Shown: positions 26,933 through 42,200 of the stretch, piece after piece
How positions within the stretch are numbered: the first letter of the stretch is position 1
Layout of the letters: each line of letters opens with the position of its first letter
NCBI GenBank assembly: GCA_964035545.1
Contig: OZ037769.1
Location: 5,995,929-6,059,928 of the forward strand
Length of the DNA: 64,000 nucleotides
Source of the DNA: Bugula neritina
Lineage: Eukaryota > Animalia > Bryozoa
Direction of reading: 5' to 3'
Position numbers and translations under genes: made by a program
The notes under the pieces: model-generated
What the model saw: only the letters and a program-made list of their open reading frames with translations
Told to the model about the DNA's origin: nothing
Database searches by the model: none

Positions 26933-29900
26933 CTACTGGTAATCTCAACACTACAACCAGTTGTAGCTCCTAAACATTAGGAAAGTAATTCCACATACTG
27001 TGTCATCCTTCAGTTTCCCAACAGAAAAATGTGTATACTTTGGTATTCTTTGTCTTCCAACAATGCATTATAGTAATGGTAACTAGAAACAGGTGACAAA
27101 GCTATACTCAATATACAGTTGAAGAACATAACACAAATACTAACAAACTAACAATGAAAATAAAGAATAACACGAAGGTGATTCATTAATAAGATGAGTG
27201 TGAAATGATAGCTATTACAAAAGCAGATTATGTCTATTATGTCAATTAACATGTGATGATGTACATTGAAAATATCAAGTGCCAAAATAGAAGCTGGGCA
27301 TTCGAATTAGTGTCACTTTTTATAGGTTTACTAAATGTTCAATCAAACTCAGTCTTAATAATCATCTCTAGATCCATGTAGGTATATGAAATCTTTATTG
27401 TTAGTGTAAGGAAACTGAATCAAATGATATGTTATTATATAGGTATATATGTTAAGAGAAACATATCCCTCATAACATAACTCCAAGTGTTGGATGAGAG
27501 AGTAAATATTATTATGCAAATGAGTTGAGCCTAGATGCTAATGAGTAAAAAGTCGCCTGAACAATACAGTAGCCCTGAATACTAACTCTTAGTTAGAAGT
27601 CCAAGTTTTGAATGACAATAGCATATATTGTTGCACTATATAAGTCATAAGTATATTTTAGTGTGGTATAACTAATATGCTATTTCACTCAATATTGTAA
27701 AATAACTGCCCCCATTTGTCCGGACCCCAGACTGCTAATCTGCAAGCCAGCATGCTACCCATTATATTATAGAATATGAATAGAGTATGATAGAATCTCT
27801 ACCCAACAAATATCTGCATCCAGGTATATGTTAAGGGTCTGGTTAGAGAGATGCTAGTTATGATCCATCAACAGATGAGTTAAAAGTTCAAACCATTCAT
27901 CAATCACCAAGCTGCAACTTTGCCTAATGTTACATAATAATTGACAAAAATTTAAAAACCGGCAACACATTTGAAAACCTCACTATTTCAAACTATTGGC
28001 TTTTAAACCAAAGCAATTATTGATTATGGTCACATTTTCATAATTGCAACAATTTAAATGAAATATAAATGTCAAAATGTATACAATTTTAATTTCCTGC
28101 ATAAACTTCACTTTCGAACACCTTAAACCTCACATCACCGCAAGGTTTCAAAATATAAACTGCTTGGTGACAGCTGAACAATATAAACTGTCTATAATTT
28201 ATGTTACCCGGTGACCAGCAAGTTTAAGGTGAGTAAGGGCAAGCCGTACTTAGGAAATTAAAATCCGAGGATATTGGTGAATGACAATGAAGCGTAGCCC
28301 ACAACCCTCTACATTACCATACATTTTAACCTAGTATTAGCTGCATTCTCTACCATGTTTTACTGCAAAGAGATGGTGAAGAAATAACCAACATACCATA
28401 AACGGCATTTAAAACCATTTCAAAGAAGAATTTAAATCATAATGCGGTATTATAACACCAAAAACTCTAATCAAAGCAAAAAACAGCAATTTATTATTCA
28501 GAAAGTGGTGCTTTTTGATGAAAAAGACTATCAGCCCCTATTTAAATCTGACATTGTAATTTTAATTTAGGATGTTTTCATACATAAATTGTAAAGCTAC
28601 CATCAAATTGGTGTGAAAAATGAAATTTGGTTTTGCGGATGGATTACCAAAATAAGGGTAGGGTGAGCATCTCTAACCCAGTGGCTATTCTTTCAAGACT
28701 GCACAGTCTAACAGCACAAGTTTGAATGAGAATGATGCTGGCATTTCTAGCCGCAACCAGTCAGTGTAATACTGAGCTTTGTTGAAGATTTCTTTGAAAT
28801 TTGATATTCGATTTGCATAAAACGGGTAGAGATTATTTGACGTACAGAGATTTACAGTAAATAATGGTAGAATTAGCAGATGTATAGCTTAGTTTAATAC
28901 TTAGCTGATGTTGGTATCTCTTGATTAGATTAAGATGACATAAACCAAACCAGTCATTAACAAGGGTGAAGTCTTATTCTCTTTATACAGGTTGCTGCTG
29001 CAGTAAACTGCAAATTAGTGTCTTTTTTATCAATTAAGAGCTTACAGCTGCAAGGCTAATCTTACTCCATCACTCATTGAATTTTTTTTATAAGTATATT
29101 ATACCAGATGCAGGGTTAGCATTCAAAACTAAGTCATGACTACTGTATTCATGAACTTTTATTTGAAAATTTAGCATTTGCCTGAATGCAAAGATATTTC
29201 CAGGGTTGGATTATGTAACATAGACCCTTAAGCTTGTTTAATTACACTATTTATTCAATACTGTTGTAATACAAAATAACTTTGAATTCAATCAGGAGGC
29301 CATAACTACAAATTGAAACTGTTACTGGCCAAAGCAAATTAAGTACTACCGTCATATTTTATTTTCACCGGTTAAAATATATTATAAAAGCATAAAACCT
29401 TCAAAAGTATCATTCTTTATTTCAATTAAAATTTGAAATTCAAATTATTCTGGGTGTAAATCAAATTAATAATTTAGTAGCTTAATATATTATTATATAG
29501 TTCTGGTCCTACCATCTGTTTAGCAGAGAGAAAAATATAAATTTGACTTCAAGTTTAATTTAAACAAAAAATTCACTCTTTTAAAGCACAAGCTGGATTT
29601 ACCAATATAGCGTTGGTATTGTATTCTGCGTTGCTAAAAATATTAGCTCAACTCATTTAAACCAGTTTATGAAACCTAATTCAACATAAAGAAAAGATGA
29701 TCTATTGTAGCTGTGAAGGTTTGCAGTTAACCGCTATAATTATATTTTTATTATACCATTATTAGCAAGAAAATATTTTATGAAACCAGTTGAAGTAGTA
29801 AAATACCATAACAATATTTCTAGAGCATGTTGGCTTGCAGTTGAGGGAATGCAAGAAATACGAGAGGAGCAGAGGAGCTAGCCAGAATAAGTATGGCCAT

Positions 29901-32361
29901 GATTAGTGGGGAATTGCTGTGATCAAACGCAAGTCTTATGATGGCAATACTGATAAATTTATCTTGAGAAATTCCAACATACCAAAGAATGTTATCTCCC
30001 ACTGTAATCAATGGAAGATCTGCCAGCGGCCATATTGGTGTAACCTCAATTTTTAGTCCAAAGTTTGTCTGTGCACCACAGATCTACCAATCAGAAGGCA
30101 AGGAGAGAAAATTGACCTAAATAAACTATATAGCTACTCCATTTGACTATCTAAACCTAAAGATTGGCCAGCGAGTTCTACACTTTCCCTGGTCGAACTG
30201 GAAAATATACGATTTTACATTTTTACCAAATTTTTACCAAATTGTTTATATATAAAATATAATATGAGCAATGTAGGTGTGAATCTTTGCTTTCTAGCAG
30301 ACCTGCATATAGTGCTTTCCTTGAGCTGGCTTAAAAAATTGCTCTAAAACTCATCTTTTAATCAATCTGAAAACCTCATATTTGATTATTTTGTTTACTA
30401 GTAGCAAAACATAAAAGTAATTTTTTCACCTAGGAAGTAATATAATAAATGATAGAGTTAATGTCAACCTGATACAAGTGTATTGCTTACAAATCTAGTT
30501 CCAACTGAAAAACACCTTCGAATTGGAGAACTTTTGACTTATAAGAAATAATTGCAGCAAATAAGTGACCCACTAACCAGTGGAGCAGATGCAAATAATA
30601 TATACTATCAATCTAAGGAGAGAAGTACAGCCTGGACTAAATAGTATAACGTTGGTTTTTTAAACCAAATAATAGTAAAACTTATAAAACTTTCTTGTAT
30701 GTATTTTTGTATCTATAAAAAGTAGCAGCAAATGCAATGTGTTTTATGACAGAAAAGGTTACAATATTTGCTTAAGAAGTTAAGGAGCCTGTACTACCAC
30801 GTAGGGTTAATTTAGTTATAAATACTAATTTGCTAATTACTTCTTAATTCACTTATATTTGTTTTCCTCCTATTCACTCAAGACTGCAAAAACAAACATA
30901 AACAAAACATTGCTAATTGACTGATGATAATTCGTAAACTTCTACTGATCAGACATGTAAAAACAAACACTTGCTTTATACTCAAATGAGGTTATGTTTG
31001 TTCTAACGAATGCACTGGTAGACATTCAGCCTGAGCTTGATGATTAGTTTAACTCATTGAAGACTTTAGAAATTTGAGAATAGGTATAATAGAACAAGCA
31101 TAGTTTTAATACTTTGTTTTTGACTCTAATGGCTGCAATCGTTTGCCTTTGTGTTGTTGGTATTTAAACAATTACTATGTGGGTACAGCCATCATAAAAA
31201 TACACCTTTCTGTGGATTGCACGCTCTTATCTTAGGACCAAAATGTAACCAGTTCAACTGTGAATCATTTCTGAGTCACTCGCTGGTCAACATTATAGTA
31301 AGATGAATGTATAGGATAAGAGCCTTTCAAATATTCTCATTGTTCTTCCGCCTGCCTTCAAGTTCCTGCATTTTACAAAAACACAGGTCTTTCTATTTAG
31401 CATTGTTATAAAGTAGTCTATAAGAATTAAGATTTCACATTTTATACATGACTTTACCCAGCGTAGTTTTGAAGAAAGATCATATTTTTATAGGATCACC
31501 ATTGGTTTACTAGAACGTTGGATTTGATGTTTGGATATGAGTCAGTTTACTTCATTTAGTACACACCAGCAACTTATGACCTAACATTAAAGTTTGCTCA
31601 AAATCAATTGAAATTTACTATACATGCTATTTTTATGTGCTGGTTTTAACTACGCATAACAGAAAAGGCTGGAAGGGGATTCCCCAACATTAAAGCACAG
31701 GTCATTGTCATATGCACTTAATATTCTATATGTTCGGACCGTTACGAAAAAACCGTAACGGTCCGTAACTAAAACTAGCTGAATAATTAGGGAAAAACAT
31801 AGGAAATGAAGCAAAATTAAAAAGAACTTTGATTATTTAGGTGTATTTATTGGTGTTTTACTAGTTTTGGCCAAAAAACGATGTTCATTACCAGCTAAAT
31901 TGTGAAAAATAGCCAAAAACTGAAGATATCCAGTGTGTACTAAATTAAGTAAAATGACCCATATGCAACTTTGTAAAGCCAATATACAATGGCGTTCAGT
32001 ACAAGGATATTATATATACTTTTACATCATTTGAAATCTTGAATGAAATATATTGTCAATAAACTACAATGACACTGCAATAATCCCCCAGATGAGCTCC
32101 ATTAACTGGATAAAACCTAACAGTGCTGGATTAACCATAATCAAGCTACGGCTTTACAAACTCTAGCATGTGCAGGAAATCCTATAATCCATAGAAAAGG
32201 CAAAAAACTATTCAAATATTATCACAAAGTGGATAAAAAAGAAATCTTTTAGATGACTTCGCATTCTGATAACAAAAGTGATAAAACTGGCACTATTATT
32301 AATATTTAGTACATTAGAGAATTTAGAACATAGAGAAAAATTAAGACAAGTAGAGAATTCA

Positions 32362-32488
32362 GAGAGCAGTCGTGGTCTAGGAGCTAAATTGATGACTCTG
32401 TAAACACAAGGTCAGTAGTAGTTAATCCCCAGTGAAGGTCATTGATGATGTTAGGAAGAGCATTCAGTCATAATTGCTTCTTTGCCCC
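32362..32488 (+). mobile_element. tRNA-derived SINE copy (same family as 42111 and 47732)
   Basis: A-box head gagcagtcgtggtctagg and core gatgttaggaagagcattcagtcataattgcttctttgcc are shared with the two other copies. Confidence 0.7.
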
Positions 32489-33293
32489 AATAGTGAAAAA
32501 GTACTGAGCTTGTTGAAAAAACCCACGTTAAGCTTTTATTTAATCAGAGAATTACTGGGTGCACCAACACTATACATGTTTGATATCTAATCAGGTGGCA
32601 TATTATCGATGACTGGACCGATTTGAAATACTTGGCCAAATAAATTGCAGATGGAAAAGTCCGTTGATCAAAGCAAAGATCATGCTAAACTCATGACAAT
32701 ACTTTACGCTATAGGCAATAAATACTGCAAGATGAAACAGAATAAGAAAGATTGAGAAAAATAGTCAAGTTTCGTTGCTTTCTTACAAGTTTATATTTAA
32801 TCATCAATAAGCATAAAGCTTGAGTATTTGCAATAAGTTTAAAGATTTGTGCCATCTTGTCCAAAAAAGAGAGAGCAAGAGTGAAACTTCAAGTTAGTTA
32901 TTGAGAGTAGATGCTAGCACCAAAAGAAATGCAATAAAAAGTTAGATATTCAAGACTTTGTTGAGATGTTGATGTGCCTTAGAAAAAAAAATACAACGCC
33001 CACATATAAAACCACATAACTCTATAAAAGGAGATTTAAAATAAAAAAACTATAATATAATTTAACATTATAAAATATGATTGACCCCAATTCATTTTTA
33101 AGAATGCCATTATGTTTCAAAATGCATAAACCTGCGAGAGATGACATCCTTATATGTTATGCTTGCTATGAAGTCCAGATAATATTTAATTATGAATTAA
33201 AGTATTTAAGCCTATAAATCAAAATAAATTGAGTATAACAGATGTTTGCTAACATTGTTTTCAAACACCTGTTGTCAACTGCCACCATGACAT

Positions 33294-36200
33294 TTAGAAA
33301 TATCTTGGCGCACCAGGGGGTCTCTTCTCCATTGTGCCAATAATCTCTGGTAATCTGCAAATACAAAAATAACAAATATACAGCAACTTGTTGTTACATG
33401 TCACTTGTTGCCACATGCGTCACATGTCACACAAAATAGACAAATGTAACTAAAAACTTGTCAACTTCTTTACTTACAAAAACCTTGAATTTTTATCAAA
33501 ATACATAACCACTTTTTATTAAAGCCAATAAACTGAGAAAAGAAAACATTATAGTTACAACTTCTGTGAAAGCATTATTCATGGAAACTAATGTAAAGAA
33601 ATAAGGAGGATGTTGACACGATAAGAAATTACATTACTAAGAGAGCACGTGTTGGTGACTACTGCAAACTTAATATTTGAGATAAGAATTATCATATCCA
33701 GCAGGTTATACTCATGGGAGTCACCAAGTGCAATCACTTCCTCATTCGAACTTCTTATGACATCTTACGGAATCAAAACAAATGTTACGCATTGGTGTGT
33801 AAGACACAATGACAGCGCAATTGATAAAAAGAAACAGTCAACAAATTGCAAAACTGTCCTATCAAATTAAAAATTGAATCGCTTATCGCTTTCACGGGTT
33901 AATATAAAAGAGGGCACAACTCTGAAATGTTTACTCAGCAAATCTTGACTTCTATTTTTATCTTTAATGCAGTAAAATAGCGTCTAAAATTTTAGTTTTA
34001 AAACTCACTAATGCTTCATAAGCACATGTTAACGTGAAGGCAACTCCAAATTTCATCAGTTATCACCTAAACTATATTTATTTGAAATGAAAAATAACAA
34101 TTATGGGCTGCAAATGAGCAATATCAAGAGTTCAAAAATGATAGATTATGGGTTAAATACAAAATGATAATTTGAATTGTTTTAAAGTGAACCCAACGTA
34201 TTCACAGTAACTGAACTTACTTGGCGTATTTAGATAAGATTTTTCTACTCTTTTCTCTCATCTCTGTCTTATTAACATTAGAACCATGCAGGAGCTCGTC
34301 TGCCAGCTGCCGATTCTGCCAGGCTGTCTCCTTCTTAAGTGGGAAACCCAGAGGATTCAAATCTCTAGTAGCGACTTCATTTTTTACATGTCTTGGTTTA
34401 TTAAACTTTTCCAGCGACATGTCAAAAGGGTTGAGGCATATCCCGTCATGCATTGATAGAAAGAGCGGAATATATACTAAGTAATCCAGAAAGCATACCT
34501 ACAAATGACAATGTGCTTTTACTATTCTACCACACACTAGTTATCTTGTACTTATACTTACTACCTGATTATTAGGTAGTGTATTTTGTTGATACTTGGT
34601 GAACACAGTTAACACTACCTACTTAGCTCTATAATTACGTGACCTATTAATTAAATTTATACTCCCACCAAATCTTCTTGAATAAATAAGGTTAACTCTT
34701 GTTTAGACATGCCAAAGAAAATGTTCAATTAAAAACTACAGTAATGTTATGAGACTTAAAAGCCCTTAATTGTTACCATTTGCTAGGAACTGGTTATATG
34801 GTACAGAGGAAACATAATATTACAAATAAAATGGGAGTTATCACCTCATGCCAAGAGTTTGGCTTGAGTTGTGCCATTACGTAATCCTGTTGTTGCCACG
34901 ACAACCCACCAGCAATGAGCTCTATCATAAGAGCCTCACACTTTATATAGTTAGGGTCATGGTCCCCTTTATTGTTGCAGAAAAACATTTCCTTATATAA
35001 GTTAAGTTTTCGCTCAATATCGGCTAAATCTGAGATCTTCAGCAGATCCTTGCAATGAGTACTAAAACACAATGACCTCTATGAAATACAAAGAATTTTA
35101 AGGAATACAATGAGCTTTGTGGAATACAAAGAGCTCTAGAAAATAAAGTGAGCTCTAATTCCTACAAAGAACATTATAAAATACAGTAGAGATTCAATGA
35201 AATGCATAGCAATGAGTTATGTCAATAACTTCTTTATATCATATCTAGTTTAGTATTGATTTTCTAAAAAAAATTTCGGTTTTACCCATCAATTTTTCTG
35301 ATAATTAATTCAGTGTGAGACAATCACAAGGTTGTATTTAAACTCTGCTGTTAACATATATTTAAAAATTCTTTGCTTCCAGTTCAAGTTCATCAGCAAG
35401 ACATAAGAGAAGATAACAACTAAATCAAAACAATAATGTGCTATTATTCCGATACATGAGCAGGACTTCACAAGCCATCTCCACTCACTCCATTTTGGTG
35501 ACTCTATCACTAAGAGCGGCAGCGACACCAAACATTCTAAAGGATAGATGATCATGTGGCTGTACGTCTAGTATCTTCATGACGTAGTCCATCTGCTTCT
35601 CCGTCATTCCAGCTATACTGTTGACACCTTCCAGAGCTACTCGGGCGTCCTGTAATTAGTATACTACGTGATATAGTGATGTACAATAAGATTCATTGAG
35701 AATAGACATAGCATGTGTGCATGAGCACAGGAGCAGATAACTCTGTTAAAAAATATATAAAACATGTTTGATTTGAACAGGCTAGGGTATATGTCAAACA
35801 GATGTTTAGTTTAATTGTAGTCCCGATTCTCAAAAATAGCTTTCCTATTCATATTTATACTAACTACGACGAACAGGTATCATTATATTGAATTCGACAC
35901 AATCAAATGATAGGAATTCATCAGGGATAGCCTACATGTTGCTACAAATTAAAAATATATTCAGTAGAACTGATGCAACAGAAAATACTTAATTGTCTCA
36001 CTATTCAACATAAGCATTTAAAATTTAATAACAATTGTTGATGCGATAATTTTAAATGAAACCATGGAATTACTTAAACCTTTCAAACTTGAATATTTTT
36101 AGACACTCTATATAACTACTGACTGAAGTTACAAAGCAGCCTCCAGCATATAAATTCAGCAAAAATATCAATTGTCCTTGAAAAAGACAATAACTCCAAT

Positions 36201-39200
36201 AATTACAAAAACTTTTATGCAAAATGTTTATTCCTTAAACTTTACCTGATAGCTAACGATTCCTGTCTTTTTCTGATCTTCAACAACAAAGGCTCGAGCA
36301 TAGCTGTCAATCATCTTCTGATCGACTAGTCTATACGCTGCCAGATAATCGATGCCGGCATTCTGCTCCGGCTCCAAAGGGTATTGTAGGAGGGCAGACT
36401 CCTCAATTAGCTGCTTCATGTATCCCAGTAACTCGTTACCACCCTTCTTCATCAGCACGTTTACTCGTCGCTTACCGGGCATCACTGCATGCAGAAGACA
36501 ATGCTAGATGCAGACGTTACTAGATGCAGACGTTACTAGATGCAGACGCTACTAGATGCAGACGGCACCAGCACACACAAATGACATCAGTGCATGCGTA
36601 TATAATGCAGAAAAACCACCTCATCATTGTTGGTGAAAATAAAAAAGAGCCTCAATGCTAACAAGTTGGAGCTACACAGACCATTATATTCTAACCAACT
36701 CAAGTTACCATCTTTCTGTCATTCTAGTGTGAGCCCTTTACGCACATTATACTAATGGATCAACCCTCTAAGGTAGACATAGAAGCACCGATACATTTAC
36801 TAAGTAGATGTTCTTTTTTAAAGAGAAGATATGCAGTATGGTGAGTGAGAGTTTATTCAGTATGTTTAAGTGGTTTCGGATCATCTTACATAATGCTAGT
36901 ATAGATATCTTTACAGGGACAGCATTGCAATATTCAGCTGACAGATTAAATTTTAACATAAACCCAGGAGTTATCTTCTATTATCCAGAATAACTAAACC
37001 TCTAAAGGAACAGATATAGCTGTATACGTCTGTTCAGTTGCTGGTGAGGAATATTTGTAGTACACAGTTAGATATACAAACATTCAACTTAAGTTAATAA
37101 ACAACACTGACAGACATTTAAGTTCCCAAATGTTATCAGTTGTTGAAAATACAACCTCCAAGTAGTTCTTAGCCAGTTCTTTCCAAGTAAGAGTTATACA
37201 ACTTGAAAAAACTGATTGCATCATCAGCCATTTTTAGCACATTTAAGCCAGAGTTAAATAAACATATTCAGTCACTTTGAACCCTTTGGGATATAGTTAA
37301 GCTTTATTAACTATAATACATCCAGAACCTGCTCACGGAATGCCTGAGTGACTGGTGATAATGATAAGCTTCTCAGAGTAACTTACGTGTAGAAGTGTCA
37401 AGGTCACTATCTCCTGCCAGTTCGTCACTGTCCATGTCACTAGCATAATCACGGGCGTTCTTCAGTCCAACCTAACAGTACAACAAATATTATATATGGC
37501 AGTACAACAAATATTAATATTATATATATAATACAACAAATATTATATATGGCAATACAACAAATATCAATATTATATATATAATACAACAAATATTATA
37601 TATGGCAATACAACAAATATTATATTATATATCAAAACCCAATAAATTTATATATTATATAACCCATTAAATAAAAAAGAAAAAATACAAATATAACATA
37701 TACCAAGTACAACATACCAATATCATAACATAAATATCGCAGGCCAATATCCCCTAACAAATACTATACGCACAAAATATAAATATATATATATATCATA
37801 TTATATTGTATTGTGCAAAAGCTACAAAAAATTCTCTGAACTAAATCAAAAGACACATTTCTTGACCTGAAGTAGCTATCTGAAATTTTTTTATACAAAA
37901 CTTCCTTATGAAAAGCTTGGTGTAATAAGATATAACTTTACTTCAAAGTTTCAAACAAAAGAACTCAGTAAAAACCTGTGAAAAGGCTTCAAGGGTTTCA
38001 TTTTGCAAATTCTCTCACAAATGTCACTAGTAAGTTTCAGCAAGAATTTAAACTAAATCCTTCAAGTACTTTACAGCAAACACACCTTTTGGCCTCCTTC
38101 CATAATTCTCAAGTCGTCTCCGAACTTCTGCTTTAGAGCTCTAGCGATATCCTGTTTAGACATGTTCGGGTCAATGCCGAGTGCCTTCAGGTCTTCTTTG
38201 GACAGCTTGTTTATGTCTATTTTAGTCTTGCCAGCTCGAAGTTTTAGTTTCCCATCAGCACCCTGCAAGTATGAAATTGTACATCAAGTTCTGTCTACAA
38301 ATCTCACAGAGTACAATAAAGTTGTTGCATAATGTATAATTGCAATTAGAAACTGCGTTTTCAAGTAAATAAAAATTGCAAATCTCAATAAGAAACATAC
38401 TAATTATCTGATGTACTAGCAACCATTTAAGAAAATATTTAACTCCAATCTGCTATAAAATTAGAACTTTATTTTTAAAAATCTCAATACACCAGCAGCT
38501 GGTAAAAGGGAAACATCCACAACTATCACATGTCTTATACACAAGTTCAAAAATATAATTTCATATACATGAACTTTATCGTATTAATAATATTAAACTA
38601 AGAAAATGCCAGAATAATTTTCATATATTTGATTTTAAAACCTTGTATTGGCAGATATGACAATACAAATAGGGAACACAACTCTAGAAGTCTTTTTAGC
38701 TGTGCGCTCATAACTTACGGTATAAATAATACTTGCTTACTCATTATTTATATTTTATATAAACAACATAAAGAAACACCTTCTCAAAGTAGTTGCCGTC
38801 ATCGTTGTCAAATTTGTCTCTGGTGACATGTTTCTTAGTCTTAAGACCCTCTTTAGTTTTGGTCTTGCCGATGACGTTGCCATGTTCATCATAAGTGTAC
38901 TCGTACTCCGAGCCCGACTCCCCGTCGTGGTACTTCTTTTTCTTCTTCTTGATACGTCCTTTCTCATCGTATTCCTACAAAGAATTGTCTGCACATGATT
39001 CAACACATTATAGAAAAGTAATTTGAATATTTTTATCACACAGCTTTATTATAATATATACAAGTTACATAATGATACTGTTGAACCAAATACCACTATT
39101 ATCATGAGCCTGTATTCCACATAATTATTGATCACTACAAATAAGAAAAATAGGTTTATGGAGCACTGCTACCTTAAAGAGTATTCAACTAGTAACGCAA

Positions 39201-42200
39201 ACAGATAGAGGAAATGTGTATACTTCCAGATGTGTACACTACTGACTGTGAGATGGGTTCAGCTAAAGAATCCCAGACACACTTCAGTATTTAAAAAATC
39301 CACACAAATCTTAGCTATTATCTACATTCTACAGCCTGTTTGATGGTTTTATGCTCAAACAATTTTGCTTTATAATTAATTTTGTTCAAACATATCTTGA
39401 AAAGATTTAGAATTTCTGCGATGGCTCACCTGCCATTTCTAATAGCTCTAAAACCCGTAGTATTATAAAATAGTAAATATTGCTAACTTTCATTGCCATT
39501 CTTAGCTGCTGCAAAACACAGTTTAATCACTGGGCTGGTTTCAAATTTTAAACTTTGAACTTACTTGCTTCCTATATAAATTTTACAGATTGAAACAGCA
39601 GCACAACTGTACACAAGAAGTTAATTTGGAATATAAATGATGAATAATAATGATTGGATGTTTTTCCATGCAAATTGTTTTACTGTTTTAGTGACACCCC
39701 TGACCAGCATTGTCTGACTATGTAGACAGTAGTGTCTATAGCAACATAAGCTTAATATAACTACAGTTGATACAGAAGTATACGTACAATCTCATACTCA
39801 TAGTCACTCTCCACAATCTCATCCACTCCTTTTCGCAGTTTCTTTTTCCGTTTTCCATCCACACCAATGAATGATTCACCTGGGGCAAGAAAGGTTTACA
39901 AGAAGCTAGAGAATAATTCCAGGAGGAAAATTATATAAAATGCAGTACTCCCTTCGTATTATACTAAGTTACAGGTCCCAAAACCTCAATCCATGATGCA
40001 TTAGAATACCAGATTCAACTCATGGTAACATTGAATTTGGCGATTTTGTCTCTATACACACATACATAAGCCACAGAATGGGGGTTCAAGTCTTTTTCGT
40101 GACTAGTAAAATTGCGTGAGAAATGGATCAGTGTGTTGCATTTACAAGAAGCAGTGAACACAATGTGATTGAGGAGAGGTTTATACACCTACCACTGTCA
40201 CTGCTTTCATAGCCACCACCTCCTTTACCTTTCTTCCCACCTTTACCTCCTTTATGTCTACCCTTGGTCCCATATCTTTCTTCTACAGCAATATAATGAC
40301 ATAGTGTAATACAGAAATCAGTTCATAAATTCAGTTCTAGCTGTAGCTTGTAAGTTATAGCTGTGATATATCAAATGATTCACTAAATTATGGCAATATT
40401 TCGAGTTTATTGCTTCAAATTGCTCACATGAAACCATCAAAATTATTTCCTTGTGTCAAATACACCACAAAATAGTAGGAAACATTGAGATTTATTAGTT
40501 ATCTTAATTTCAGGGTTATGACTAATGTAGCAATAGTTAAGTTGCTATTGCTAGCATTCCAAGTAAATGACATGCAGGCATGTTCATTCCATGTTGGAAT
40601 TCCAAGCACCACTTGGGAAATTATGGGTTACATTTTACACATCATGATGTAATGATTATTGCAACACTAGATAGATTTAACCATGCTGGTTGAAAAACAT
40701 ATTTCTTATTCTATTAGGCTTTCTTGGCAAATTTCATATAAATAACCAACATTATTTTGCTATTAATTAAAATGTATAAGCATGTTTAAAAACTTTTCTT
40801 GGAATTTGAAATAATTATAAGTTTCATTGAATATGTTTATAAAACAGCATTGATACCTTCTACAGAAAGTGTTTGGGAATTTTATAAGAAAGTTTCTAAA
40901 AGCAGGGAAATTCCATGGTGAAACATGAGTGAAAAGTAGATTTTTCCAAGAGAGGTACTATAAAGAGACTGAGTTAATTGAGACAGAATCATATGAGGTC
41001 TTGTAGGCTGTAACACTAAGCTGTGGAATAGAGTGGGACCACAGTATCGCATGCATATCGTGAGTATAACACAGGTATACATGCAGGTAGCTGTACATGA
41101 TGCCTGATGAAGGGTGCAGCTTGAAATCAGGTATGAAATCTTAACAACTCAAGTTGCAAACTTCTTACAGTAATCTACAATATTTGCTGAGAAATTGAGG
41201 TGGGATTTTAGACGCAAGTGTTTATATACTGCAATTCGATGACATTATTGTTATGTTGTAACTCCATATATGTTTGCATTGATTGAGATATAATATAATG
41301 TTATTAATTATAATAATGTGGTTACATGTAAACCTCAATGCAAAGTTGTGAGTAAGATTTCAGCAAAACACAACTCATTATTTGCAGCAACCACAAAAAT
41401 AGGAGAATTAATGACAGAGGTAATTTTCTCAAAAAGAATCTCAAAAAATTATTTCTTACAAAATAAACTTTGAATACTACTAATAATGTTGAAGTAACTT
41501 TTGTTGAGTAAAATTGAGTTAAGCTTCAATATTCATTCATTAAAAGCTAGCTGGTTTGCTAACTTGTACATTTAAAAACAACATTTACACTGCAACCTTG
41601 ATGGAGTATTATAGATGCTGAGCCATAGCCTACTTAATCACATCAAATTATTGCAACACACCAGGGTATTGGTCACGTGGTAGTATAGCTTTATATTACG
41701 TGGCACACAACGCTTTCATCTCCGCATATGCTGGGAAATTCCAACATAAATACATGAGTTATCAAAGCAATTGGAAAACCAGTTTGTAATGAAAAATCTG
41801 CAACTTGACAACTATGTAATATATGTACATTTGCCTTGCCTTCCTGTAAACTCCTCAAGTATACTCATAAATACTGGCAGGTAGATATAGATATTGAAAT
41901 GCTGACGAAACAACACATGACTAAATGTTGCCAACATTTAGCAGCTTATATATACACAACACTGATATTAGTTTAACCTCAACAAAGTCTGTAAAATACA
42001 TAAAGATTTAACTTTAAACCTTGATTTCTCGTAAATCATAGTACATGTAGTTGAAATATTTTCCTATAGGACTTCTATATTATAAAACTTATGCAAGTAT
42101 AGAGCAAATATCCCTGTGAGAAACCCCTGACAAAAAGGTCTTTTTTGTTAGATCAGGCTAAGGACTAATTAATATGTGGCACATGAGCAATTATGATTGG

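Noticed and set aside
33190-33375. ORF MLFLYLQITRDYWHNG... as the last exon frame
   Set aside because: The upstream donor is phase 2, so the exon reads KLPEIIGTMEKRPPGAPRYF* and stops at 33294.
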